DNA of 64,000 bases from positions 197,594,001 to 197,658,000 of the forward strand of contig NC_042997.1 in assembly GCF_006345805.1 (NCBI RefSeq), read 5' to 3'. Positions within the stretch are counted from its first letter, which is position 1, and each line of letters opens with the position of its first letter. Of the stretch, positions 1 to 11,740 are shown one piece after another. Both the position numbers and the translations under genes were made by a program. Origin of the DNA: Octopus sinensis. Taxonomy: Eukaryota. The notes under the pieces are model-generated. The model did no database searches. It had not been told where the DNA came from and saw only the letters and a list, made by a program, of their open reading frames with translations.

Positions 1-279
1 CGGCCATTATAATCAACATTGAAGTAACAGCAAGTGGATAACAAAAGGGGTTTAGCAAGGTGACAAGCTAGTTAGAAGTTATATAATTTTCTGAGCAAAA
101 AAACTCCACCAAAAAAACTCAAGTAACTATTCCATGAAGATTCATCTTACACAACATATAGATAGGCTACATCTTATGCAACATGGGTTGCTATGGTTAC
201 ATGAAGTAAATATGACAGAAAGCTATTTGTTACATGAGGATAACTGTTTGATAAGATAAATATTTTAAAACTTACTGAC

Positions 280-342
280 CTCTTCTTTCCATTTCTGCAA
301 ATATTTATATATGATGACCAACCAAGGTACATGACTGTGTTC
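280..342 (-). CDS. NAE1: NAE1 coding exon 9 (EHSHVPWLVIIYKYLQKWKEE); gene continues beyond the left edge
   Basis: Matches DHSHTPWIVIIAKYLAQW; acceptor tttgccag, donor gtcagt; 63 nt. Confidence 0.95.
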
Positions 343-524
343 CTGGCAAATAATGAAAATAATGAGTAGAGACGGCATGTTATTAACGAGATTGTGAATG
401 GCAATGAAAGGACTTTGATAAACCCGAGTGACTGACTGACTAAATGATTAAGCAAACAACTGATCAGTCAATTGGTTGAATAGTTAATCGATTATCAAAT
501 AAAAAATGAAGTGAAGTAGAACCA

Positions 525-560
<36 letters not shown>

Positions 561-561
<1 letters not shown>

Positions 562-1097
562 GAGGGTGAGTCAAAAAGTAATGCCATTTTGCCTAAGACA
601 GGTATAATTACCAACACAGGAACATGTATCATACATCAAAATGAAGCTGGTCCTCTGTGGATCACATCCCTACTACTCAACGTAGTCACCATTTCTCTCA
701 GTAGCAATGTCTTACCTTTGAATTAGAGCATGTATCCCTGCCCTGTAAATTTCTGTTGACTGTTGTTTGAGCCACATCTTCACTACAGTTTTCACTTCCT
801 TGTCACTGCTTCTCAAACCTTCTTTCATGGGGCCGAAGAGATGATAGTCCAGTGACGAGGAAGTGAAAACTGTAGTGAAGAAGTGGCTCAAAGCACAGTC
901 AACAGAATTTTATGGGGCAAGGATACATGTTCTCATTCGAAGGTGGAACATTGCTATTGAGAGAAACGGTGACTATGTTGAGAAGTAGGGATGTGATCCA
1001 CAGAAGACCAGCTTCGTTCTGATGTTTGATACATACTCCTGTGTTGGTAATTATACCTGTCCTAAAAAAAATGGCATTACTTTTTGACTCACCCTCG
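561..1097. mobile_element. Mariner-derived foldback MITE made of two inverted transposase 3' ends
   Basis: TA flanks; arms 561-808 and 850-1097 are reverse complements; arm encodes SDEEVKTVVKKWL...RRWNIAIERNGDYVEK*; 41-bp spacer encodes DYHLFGPMKEGLR on the minus strand. Confidence 0.9.
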
Positions 1098-2372
1098 TAT
1101 ATATATATATTATATATATATATATATATAATATATATATATATACATATATACGATGGGCTTCTTTCAGTTTCCATCCACCAAATCCACTCACAAGACT
1201 TTGATTAGCCCAAGGATATAGTAGAAGACACTTGCTCAAGGTGCCATGCAGTGGGGTTGAATCCGGAACCATGTGGTTGGTAAGCAAGCTACTTACCACA
1301 CAGCCACTGCATAGAAAATTTTATTTTGCCATTTTTTTTACTTGTTTCAGTGAGTGGACTGTGGCCATGCTGGGGCACCACTTTGAAGAGTTTAGTCAAA
1401 TAAATCCTCCTCCATACTTATTTTAAAGTGGTAATTATTTCATCAGTCAGTTTTGTTGAACCACTATGTTATGGGGATGTAAACAAACCAACACTGGTTG
1501 TCAAACAATGGCAGGTGACAGACACAAATGCAAACACACACACACACATACAAATATACTGATATATATACATATATATGGCAGGCTTCCACACAGTTTC
1601 TGCCCAACAAATCCACTCACACAGTATTGGTCAGTCTGGGGATATAGCAGAAAACACTTGCTCAAGGTGTTGTGCAGTGGGACTGAACCCAAAATCATGT
1701 GGTTGCAAAGCAGGTCTCATAACCATTGGCAAAATTAGAAACCATAACAAATAACAAACCCTGACACTGGAGCTCTATGCAGGGCTGCAGTCTGCCTGAT
1801 CTTCTCAAACCATCCAACCCACAACAGTATGAAAAACAGACATGAGATGATGATGATGATATATAAAATACACATCACCATCAATGATATTTTGTGCCTC
1901 TGCTTTCCATGCTGGCATGGATTGGACATATTGTCAATGGCTTTTGTCAGTTCTTATTCAGAGCCACCACCCTCTTGGAACAGGTTAGATGACCAGATCT
2001 TGGATGTTCCAGTTTTGGCAAAGTTTTTATGGCTGGGTGCTCTTCCTATCACCAACCACTTTAGAGTATGAAATGAGTACATTTTGTTATGGCCCCAGCA
2101 CTGGAGGCGTTGCCCTGTTCGCGGCAAAACTAAAGAGTTACCTTTACTCTTAAGTGGTCTCTATCCATTCAAGATAAATGTGACAAACGAAAGAGAGAGC
2201 ATGAGTGAGACTGGAAGAGAGAGATTGATAGGAGGAGTAAGGCAGTAGGTGAGCAAGTAATGGAAGTGAGAGAGTGATAGGCAGCAACATGTTAGGAGAT
2301 AAACAGAATAATGAAAGGAGTAAGGAGAAACATTTTTTTGGGGGAGTTTAGACAAAGAAAAGTTTTATTTAC

Positions 2373-2482
2373 TTTTTTATCCATGTCGTTCAAATTTAAC
2401 TTATCACAGAAATCAATCAGCCCAGGGAATGGACAGTCCAGTCGGAGATCTTCATGAGAATTATCAGGGTGGGATTCAATAA
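2373..2482 (-). CDS. NAE1: NAE1 coding exon 8 (IIESHPDNSHEDLRLDCPFPGLIDFCDKLNLNDMDKK)
   Basis: IESHPDN..EDLRLD.PFP motif; acceptor tctttcag, donor gtaaat; 110 nt. Confidence 0.97.
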
Positions 2483-2665
2483 CTGAAAGAAAAAAACAAA
2501 ACAAAAAAGCTATAAACTCCAATAATTGTCTTTTGCATTGATACAGGGGTCACGCATTTATAAGTTTAACCCTTTAGTGTTTAAACTGGCCAAATCGGGT
2601 CCAAATATGTTTTATGTTCAAATCCTACAATATCATTCTAAAAATAAACAATCACATCACCAAAT

Positions 2666-2925
2666 CTGTTCAAATCCTACAATCAAACCCAAATATATAT
2701 TATTTACAATTGACGGATATTTGTCCTCAACTTGTTTGTTGTTAACACAACGTTTCGGCTGATATACCCTCCAGCCTTCATCAGGTGTCTTGGGGAAATT
2801 TCAAACCTGGGTTCTCATTCCTAAGGTATTTTTCAATGTTATTATCATTATTATTATTCAAGTCACTGCTTGGAATCGAACTCAGAATCTTGAGGTTAGT
2901 AGCCTGCGCTCTTAACCACTACGTC
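2666..2925 (-). mobile_element. tRNA-headed SINE-like element with hammerhead tail, copy X1
   Basis: Minus strand: box A-like TGACGTAGTGG, box B-like AGTTCGATTCC, (AAT)n linker, then the hammerhead-containing segment. Confidence 0.75.
2744..2790 (-). ncRNA. Minimal type I hammerhead ribozyme motif, copy 1
   Basis: AGACAC-CUGAUGA-A-GGCUG(GAGGGUAUAU)CAGCC-GAAA-CG-UU/GUGUU: full core, 5-bp stem II, palindromic ACGU stem III, 5-bp stem I. Confidence 0.8.
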
Positions 2926-2984
2926 ATGTTTTATGTTCAAATCTTACAATATCATTCTAAAAATAAACAATCACATCACCAAAT

Positions 2985-3167
2985 CTGTTCAAATCCTACA
3001 ATCAGACCCAAATATACATTATTTACATTTGACGGATATTTGCCCTCATCTTGTTTGTTGTTAACACAACGTTTCGGCTGATATACCCTCCAGCCTTCAT
3101 CAGGTGTCTTGGGAAAATTTTGAACCTGGGTTCTCATTCCTAAGCTATTTTTTGATGTTGTTGTTGT

Positions 3168-3199
<32 letters not shown>

Positions 3200-3275
3200 A
3201 TTATTATTCAGGCCATTGCTTGGAATCGAACTCAGAATCTTGGGGTTAGTAGCCCATGCTCTTAACCATGACATC
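2985..3275 (-). mobile_element. tRNA-headed SINE-like element with hammerhead tail, copy X2
   Basis: Same layout as X1 with a longer microsatellite linker. Confidence 0.75.
3063..3109 (-). ncRNA. Minimal type I hammerhead ribozyme motif, copy 2
   Basis: Identical to copy 1, offset by 319 nt. Confidence 0.8.
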
Positions 3276-5162
3276 ATGTTTTATGTTCAAATCCTACAAT
3301 GTCATTCTAAAAATAAACAATCACATCACCAAATTTCAAAGCTTCAAGATAACGTCTGATTAATTCAAAACAAATGTGAATTCAAAAGCCTTACATTTGT
3401 CAGAGTAGTCCAAATGCTAAACGGTTAAGGGATGAAGTTGAGTGACTCAACCCTTTAGTACTTGATTGGTTGCTATTTGTTTTATTGTCTATAGAAAGAT
3501 CGTTGCCAGTGTCACGTAAAAAGCAGCGTTTGTGCATTGGGCTTCATGGAGGCAGTGACATTAAATCAAGTGAGAACTTAGTTGTGGCCGATGCCAGTGT
3601 CGCATAACTGGCCCTTTAAAAACCCCTTTCAATCGTTGGGTGATATGCTGTGCTTGTGAAGACCTGTTGTACTGAGTGAAATTGTTGTCGTGGGCAATGC
3701 CAGTGCCTGCTGGTGGCATGTAAAAAGCACCGTTCATGCATTGGGCCTCATGGAGGCAGTGACAGGTGACCAAGACCCTTGGCAATATACTGTGCTTTAA
3801 AGGCGGCGAGCTGGCAGAAACGTTAGCACGCCGGGCGAAATGCGTAGCCGTATTTCGTCTGCCGTTACGTTCTGAGTTCAAATTCTGCCGAGGTCGACTT
3901 TGCCTTTCATCCTTTTGGGGTTGATAAATTAAGTACCAGTTATGCACCTGGGATCGATATAATCGACTTGATCCATTTGTCTGTCCTCCCTGTGTTTGGC
4001 CCCTTGTGGGTAGTAAAGAAATGTCCTTGTTTGTCCTCTCAGTGTTTGGCCCCTTGTGGGTAGTAAGGAAATAGATATACTGTGCTTGTGTTGACCTGTG
4101 AAGCCAAGTGAGACCGTAGTTGTGGCACTCACTATACTCTTGGAGTGGTTGGCATTAGGACAGGCATCCAACCGTAGAGGCCTTGCCAAATCAGATCAGA
4201 ACCTGGTGCAGCCCTCACACCCCAGCTTACTAGTTTCCAGTCAAGCTATCCAACTCATGCCAGCATGGTGAGCGGATGTTAAACGACAATGACGATGATG
4301 TTAGGCTAAGTTTACCTGAGTGGAGTTTGAGCAAACAACATGAGGTTATTTAACTAAAAACCAGAAAAGTATTTGGCTTGGCCCTACACTGTTTCTTCTA
4401 CTGACTGACACAACAACAGCCATCCAAGAATTTGGACCTGGAGATCTCCATTTCCAGCAACTTTGAGGATCACCTCCCAGGTGTCAGGCGTCAATGAAGA
4501 GCCCTCGACTACAAGATGACCAAAGTTTTTTTTTTCCAAGGGATGGGGTCTCCTGCCCCTAAGCCCTAGACCATCACCTAATCACCCTTACTCGTCTTGT
4601 TGCTTAACAAGAACAACAACAGCAGCAATTTCAAACACACAAGCCCCCAGATTGAAGGCTAGGGGCTAAATGAATTTAATAATCCACACCTCTCACCAGC
4701 ATTACATTCATACTAATTTTACGAACCAAGGGAGGGAAGAAAATTAAAGTGAAGCCCAGTGCAGAACTCACTGGTTGTAGGCATATCTGTGTCGTTAAGA
4801 AGTTTGGTTTCTAAACACATGGTTTCAAGTTCAATATCACTGCACAGCACTTTGGGTGTCTTCTATTATAATAAGGGATTCATCTGAGCCTTGTGAGTGG
4901 ACTTAGAAAAAAATTAATAGAAAACTCTCATAAAAAATGTATGTGTGTGTTTCAGTCACCTTGGCAATAAAATGCCTCAAGACTTCTGTCCAGTGCTTAA
5001 TCAAATCTACCTGGGGCCATGTGGAAGACATTTGCCCAAAGTACCAAGCGGTGGGACTGAACCTGAGACCACATGGTTGGGAAGCAAGCTTCTTAACCAC
5101 ACAGCTACACCTGCTCCTAAGAATAGAAATAATAGGACAACGATGAAAATAAATATAATTAC

Positions 5163-5272
5163 TTGTGTGATCTGCCGCAACAATCCGAGCATAACCTATA
5201 AAGCCGTAGGACCGACAGATTAAGAGGGGGATATCAGCTTCTCGGAGGTTAGCCGCAAGCTGCAAGAGTGGC
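5163..5272 (-). CDS. NAE1: NAE1 coding exon 7 (PLLQLAANLREADIPLLICRSYGFIGYARIVAADHT)
   Basis: IPLLICRxYG motif; acceptor ttttacag, donor gtaatt; 110 nt. Confidence 0.96.
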
Positions 5273-7369
5273 CTGTAAAAATTAAAACAAAACAACATAT
5301 AAGTAAATAATGGTTTCAGATTTTGACACAAGGCCAGCAATGTTGGGGAGGGGATAAGTCAATAACATGGACCCCAGTGTTCCACTGGTACTTATTTTAT
5401 CAACCCTGAAAGGCAAAAAAGCAAAGCCAGCCTTGGCGGAATTTGATCTCAGACTGGTTCTGATTCTGTCCCTTAACATATTCTTTTACTCTTTTACTTG
5501 TTTCAGTCATCTGACTGCGGCCATGCTGGAGCACAGCCTTTAGTCAAACACTTGTTTTAGAAATCAGACTGTGGCCATGCCGGAACACTGCCTTTAGTTG
5601 AACAAATCGACCCCAGGACTTATTCTTTGTAAGCCCAGTGCTTATTCTATTGATCATTTTTGCCGATCCATGCAGTGGGACTGAACCCAGAACCATGTGG
5701 TTGGGAAGCAAGTTTCTTATTTCTTTATTGCCCACAAGGGGCTAAACATAGAAGGGACAAACAAGAACAAACAAAGGGATTAAGTCGATTACATCGACCC
5801 AGTGCATAACTGTTACTTTATTTATCGACCCCGAAAGGATGAAAGGCAAAGTTGACCTCAGCAGAATTTGAACTCAGAATGTAATGTTTCTGCCAGCTCG
5901 CAGACTTTTCTTATCACACAGCCACTCCTGCACCTATAAGTAAATAATCATCATCATTTAACGTCCACTTTCCCTGCTGGCATGGGTTGGACAGTCTGAC
6001 TGACGACTGGCAAACCAGAAGGCTGCACCAGACTCCAATTCGATCTGGCAACGGTTTCTATAGCTGGATGCTCTTCCAAACGCCAACCACTCTGAGAGCG
6101 TAGCGGATGGTTTTTGTCTGCCACCAGCACGGGGGCCAGTCAGGCAGCACTGGTACTGGCATCGACCATGCTCGAATTGTGCTTTTAATAGTACTATATG
6201 TTTACTAATGGACTAAGCCTAAAATATTTATTCACATCAATGTAACCTGGGACTAAACAATAACACTTTGAAAATGCTATCTGTGTTTTGAAGTGTAAAC
6301 AACAATAATAACAACTGTTCTACTATAGGCTTGAAATTTGGAGAGAGGGAGCTAGCTGATTACATTGACCCCACCAATGCTCAACTGGTACTTATTTTCA
6401 CCAACATCATCATTGTCGTCGTTTAACGTCCACTTTTCATGCTGGCATGGGTTGGATGGTTTGACTGAGGGCTGGCGAAACTGAAAAGTTGACCTCAGCA
6501 GAATTTGAACTCAGGACATAAAGAGTTGGAAGAAATGCCATAAAGCATTTTGTCAGGTGTGCTGATGATTCTGCCAGCTCATTTCATAAACTATTATTAA
6601 TCCTGGTCACGGCAGTCTAATTCCAACTTTACCTTCTAAGGCACAGGAGTGGCTGTGTGGTAAGTAGCTTGCTTACCAACCACATGGTTCCGGGTTCAGT
6701 CCCACTGCGTGGCACCTTGGGTAAGTGTCTTCTGCTATAGCCTTGGGCCGACCAAAGCCTTGTGAGTGGATTTGCTAGACAGAAACTGAAAGAAGCCCGT
6801 CGTATATATGTATATATATGTGTGTGTGTTTGTAAGTACCATTTAGGCGTGGCCGTTGCCAGTACCATCAAACTGGCCCTCATGCCGGTGGCACGTAAAA
6901 GCACCCACTACACTCTCAGAGTGGTTGGCGTTAGGAAGGGCATTCGGCTGTAGAAACTCTGCCAGATCAGATTGGAGTCTTGTTCACCAGACCTAAGTCA
7001 AATCGTCCAACCCATGCTAGCATGGAAAGCGGATGTTAAATGATGATGATGATGTGTTTGTTCCCCCCAACATTGCTTGACAACCGATGCTGGTGTGTTT
7101 ACATCCCCGTAACTTAGCGGTTTGGCAAAAGAGACCGATAGAATAAGTACTAGGCTTACAAAGGCGGTGCTCCAGCATGGCTGCAGTCAAATGACTGAAA
7201 CAAATAAAAGAGTAAAAGAAAATAATAAGTTTATTGTGCTCAGGTGCACTACAACTCATCAGAGGAGACAAAAGCAGTAATAATCAGGTAAAGAAAGACA
7301 GCAATGATAGCTAAAATGGTCTGCGAAAAAGAGTTAAAAACAAAAACAAAACCAAGAAAAACAACTTAC

Positions 7370-7449
7370 TTTTCATGTAGATTTGTTGCCACAACAAGAG
7401 TAAACCGGTTAAAAAATTCTGGATTACTCTCCAAAAGCTTTTCTGGTGA
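7370..7449 (-). CDS. NAE1: NAE1 coding exon 6 (SPEKLLESNPEFFNRFTLVVATNLHE-K)
   Basis: Matches [26 protein letters not shown]; acceptor cttatag, donor gtaagt; 80 nt. Confidence 0.96.
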
Positions 7450-9473
7450 CTATAAGATAAAGAAATTAATTAAATAAATATATAATATAATCTTATTTCT
7501 TTATTGCCCACAAGGGGCTAAACATAACGGGCACAAACAAGGACAGGCAAAAAGATTATGTCAATTACATCGACCCCAGTGTGTAACTGGTACTTAATTT
7601 ATCGATCTCGAAAGGATGAAAGGCCAAGTTGACCTTGGGGGAATTTGGACCCAGAATGTGAAGACAGACAAAATATCACCAAGCATTTCGCCCGGAGTGC
7701 TAACGATTCTGCCAGCCCCCTCGGTCTGTGGAGGTGGGTAGTAATTTGTTGATCAATGTTATGGTTTGGTAAGAATTACTTCTGTGATTGTTGTCTTGTC
7801 CATAATGACATCTGGCACAGTTAGATGTCATCATGGGCAAGATGTTTTCAAGTTCGCATTTGTAAGTTCTTTTAAAGATGCTTCTTCTAATGGCTACACT
7901 TTGACATCATTTTTGTTCAATGCTCCAGCAGAGGCTTAAAGGTATATTTTTTGGCAAGGGATACGTAAAAAGCACTGTCCGAACGTGGCAGAAGCCAGCA
8001 CTGCCTGACTGGCATCCATGTCGGTGACACGTAAAAACACCAATCAATCGTGGCCGTTTGTCAGTCCCCTGTGCCAGTGGCACGTAAAAAAACACCCACG
8101 GAGTGGTTGGCGTTAGGAAGGGCATCCAGCTGTAGAACCACTGCCAGATCAGACTGGAGCCTGGTGCAGCCTCCTGGCTTCCCAGACCCCAGCTGAACCG
8201 TCCAACCCATGCTAGCATGGAAAATGGACGTTAAGCGATGATGATGATGATGATGATGACAGTTGGCACGATGTTTTTGATCCTTTGATACAGGAACAAC
8301 AGTCTCCACAACAAACTGAGATATCTTTTGGTTGATGAATCCTTTCTCCTTCACACATCAGATATACTAGGATGGTGAGGACAAACTTTTGTTTCTGAAT
8401 GTACTTACTGTAAGACCAAAGTAATTTTTCTTATAACCATTGATTAATGATGTCTTAACTTACAACACTAGTGACTGTTATACATGGTACATTATGGACT
8501 TCCCATTGAATGGACAGGGTATAACTTTGCTGTAGCAGCTTTCAAACGAGGGATTTGGTTTATCCTTGTATGTTTCTTACAAGGTTAAACCAAATCCCTC
8601 ATTTGGCCCAGGGTGGAACCCAGCCATAATAATAATATTGTCTGTATCTTTGTCACTATTGCTTTTAACTATCAGAGCAGTAATACTTTCAGTGCAGATG
8701 TCACTAACTTTTACATTGTTTTTGTTAAAAGACTTGCAAAATCCAAATGAGAAAATACATACAAATATAAATGTCTCATACTCAACAAGAAACACAGTGG
8801 ACAAATAGACAGAATGCTACCTTTAGGGTGCAGACCAACCAAATTTGCATAGCGTCAAGAACAATATGCTACCCTTGAGCACGACCATTGACTCTGGAAG
8901 TCTCAAAGTAGAAACTATCAGGCGCTATTAATTCATAAAAGTTCTACAAGCATTTTGAAAGGTGGTTAAAATTTAGTGATATTTTCTATAATTTCAGTGT
9001 CTGTCAATATATCACAAATGCTATACAGGTAATTATTAGAATATCCATATGTTTGATGAGCAAGAAATCTCCAAATATATAAACGGCAAAATGTGTGTGT
9101 GTGTGTGCGCGTGTCCTTTATACAAATTTCACAATTTTTCAGTTAGAGGGCTCGCACTTTCTATAGTCATTCAAAAACCATCCAAGGGTGGTCGTGCACA
9201 TCTTTACATTTCCCCAGTCACCCCGCAAAGCCATTAAAAAAATCAATAGGAGTGACTTTTTTGTGAATTTTCTATCCAAAACCCAATCAAAATGCCCGAA
9301 ACTTGATACGCCAATTGAATGCCAGCTAGCTATATGTGATTGGTTGGAGGTTTGGATAGTACTGGCGTGTATGTGCGCACGCACACAGCTGTATATGTAT
9401 GCACTAGCACTATGACCAGGCGTTGCCAGGTCATAGTGCTAGTGGTAATTAATGAGAACAAAGAGATATTTAC

Positions 9474-9545
9474 CTCTTCCACGTAATCCCCGCTGACCTC
9501 TTCATTTAGTTCCATCAACAGATTTGTTGCTACATGTGCACGAGA
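9474..9545 (-). CDS. NAE1: NAE1 coding exon 5 (SRAHVATNLLMELNEEVSGDYVEE)
   Basis: Matches [24 protein letters not shown]; acceptor atttcag, donor gtaaat; 72 nt. Confidence 0.96.
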
Positions 9546-10394
9546 CTGAAATTCAAGGAAAATAATAAAATAATAGAGGCTGTGTTTAAAGATAGCTGTA
9601 ATAAAAACAATATAACAGGAATCTGTCATCCGTGTTAATCTATAATACAAATTGGACATGGGCGATTGTTGTATTCTTTCTTATCTTGAGGTTCACAGCC
9701 AAACGACTGGGTGGATTCGAGTGAAAAATGGCACACATGTGGAGACAGGTGCATAGATTGGAATGCAGTTTGTATTTTTTTCCTAACCCCCATACTAATC
9801 GAGAAAATCGATCAAAACTTTTTCTAATGGAATTTCCCTCTTTCTTCTGTCATTAAAACAATCAGTTGCTTAGAAGCTGTTTTCTGACAGGGTGGGGGTC
9901 AGGGAATTTTCTCATAGCTGGAGGCTCCAATCGAAACAGGGGACCCGAAATGATAAGGTTGACAAACGCTGTTATAGATTATGCCTAACCGAAAACGATC
10001 ACAGCCACATCATCCAAACAGACCGGGTGAAACCGGGCTTAGCTGCTAGTTATACAATAAATATTAATTATGAAATATGAAACATGAATGATTTCCAACT
10101 CATTATGAAAATGCTGATTTAATGCATGGAATTCAGTGTGAAATTCGGTAAATAGCAAATATTTTGTTGATAACGAAGCACAATTTTACTCATGCCTTTC
10201 TATCTCAATGTAGACATTACATGTAACACTTGACCTTCAGACTGATGTACATCATTTGTCTGTGATGGCTTGACGGCTGTTTGAGTAACAGGCAGTTGCT
10301 GAATGATGTACTCCCCCCAAAAAGGTGTGTAATATAAACACCAGCTGGCTTTACATTGTCCAAAAACAATAAACAACAAGACCTGTGCTTGCGA

Positions 10395-10972
10395 AGACCT
10401 GTTGAGGCAAGTGAAATCAAAATCACATTCAATGACTGGCATCCGTACTAGCGGAGTGCAAAGAGCACCATATGAGTGTGATCATTGACAGAGTGGCTAA
10501 CTGGCTTCTGTGCCAGTGGCATGTAAAAGGGCACCATTCGAGTGTGATCGTTACCAGCGTTGCCTTACTGGCACTTGTGCCTGTGCTAGTAGGGTGCAAA
10601 GAGCACCATATGAGCGTGATCGTTGACAGAGTGGCTAACCAGCTTCTGTGCCAGTGGCACATAAAAGGGCACCGTTCGAGCGTGATTGTTACCAACATCG
10701 CCTTACTGGCACCTGTGCTGGTGGCATGTGTCAAAAGATTCGAGCGAGGTCATTGCCAGTACCGCATGACTGGCCCCCATGCCGGTGGCACGTAAAAAGC
10801 ACCCACTACACTCTCGGAGTGGTTGGCATTAGGAAGGGCATCCAGCTGTAGAAACTCTGCCAAATCAAGATTGGAGCCTGGTGCAGCCATTTGGTTCGCC
10901 AGCCCTCAGTCAAAATCGTCTAACCCATGCTAGCATGGAAAGCGGACGTTAAACGAGATGATGATGATGATG
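10395..10972 (+). mobile_element. SINE family with internal tandem modules and (GAT)n tail; further copies near 3500-4300, 6850-7055, 7970-8260
   Basis: Recurrent TGGCACGTAAAAAGCACC modules and shared 3' end ...ccaacccatgctagcatggaaagcggacgttaaacgatgatg. Confidence 0.75.
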
Positions 10973-11229
10973 AATAGAAAAAAGCTGAATAGCCAGTCAG
11001 AATTTGTATTCTACCTACGGAATGTGGTGATTATTAAAAAGAAAACAAAGTGAAACTGAGTGATGCTGGGTGGTTGGTCCTAGGAAGGGCTTCCAATCAT
11101 AAAAAAAACCCTGCCAAAACAGACACAGAAATCTGGCGCAGGCTTCTGCCTGACCAGCTCCTGTCAAACCATCCAACCCATGCCAGCATGGAAGGCTGAT
11201 GTTAAATGATGATGATGTCACAAACATAC

Positions 11230-11260
11230 CTGGCCAATTGTGTCTTTAGCAAGGAAGAAG
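11230..11260 (-). CDS. NAE1: NAE1 coding exon 4, 31-nt microexon (FFLAKDTIGQ)
   Basis: Acceptor tcttttcag, donor gtatgt; restores frame between exons 3 and 5; matches FFLQRSSIGK. Confidence 0.92.
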
Positions 11261-11699
11261 CTGAAAAGATAAAGGAAAGACGATAGATAAGTACAAATTA
11301 TATCCCGACTGAGTCAATAAATATAAGATAGTTAATGATAATAATTTTTCCTACGAGAGGCACAAAACCTGAAATTTTGTGGGAAGGTGGTAAGTCAATT
11401 ACAATGAAATAAGTACCAGTTGCAATAAGTACCATTCTATCATCCACACGATGAACACCTCCACCATGCAGTCTCACCAGAGTCGTTCCTGTGATGACTG
11501 GGTTAAACACAATGGCAAATAGTTAAATATATATATCTTGCATGGTTGTGTGGTAAGAAGCTTGCTTACCAACCACATGGTTCCAGGTTCAGTCCCACTG
11601 TGTGGCACCTTGGGCAAGTGCCTGCCTTCTACTATAGCTTCGGGCCGTCCAAAGCCTTGTGAGTGGATTTGGAAGATGGAAACTGAAAGAAGCCTGCTG

Positions 11700-11740
<41 letters not shown>

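Larger units (their letters stand above)
2570..3424. mobile_element. piggyBac-like MITE (TTAA TSD) interrupted by two tRNA-hammerhead elements
   Basis: TTAA at 2566-2569 and 3425-3428; termini ccctttagtg / aatgctaaacgg form imperfect TIRs. Confidence 0.6.

Noticed and set aside
1-279. Search for NAE1 exon 10 and for U12-type introns
   Set aside because: No segment resembling the next NAE1 peptide with splice sites; all nine donors are ordinary GT (none GTATCC or ATATCC).
5990-6030. CTGACGA followed by a CTGG-CAAA-CCAG hairpin
   Set aside because: No GAAA after the stem; lies in a common SINE tail.
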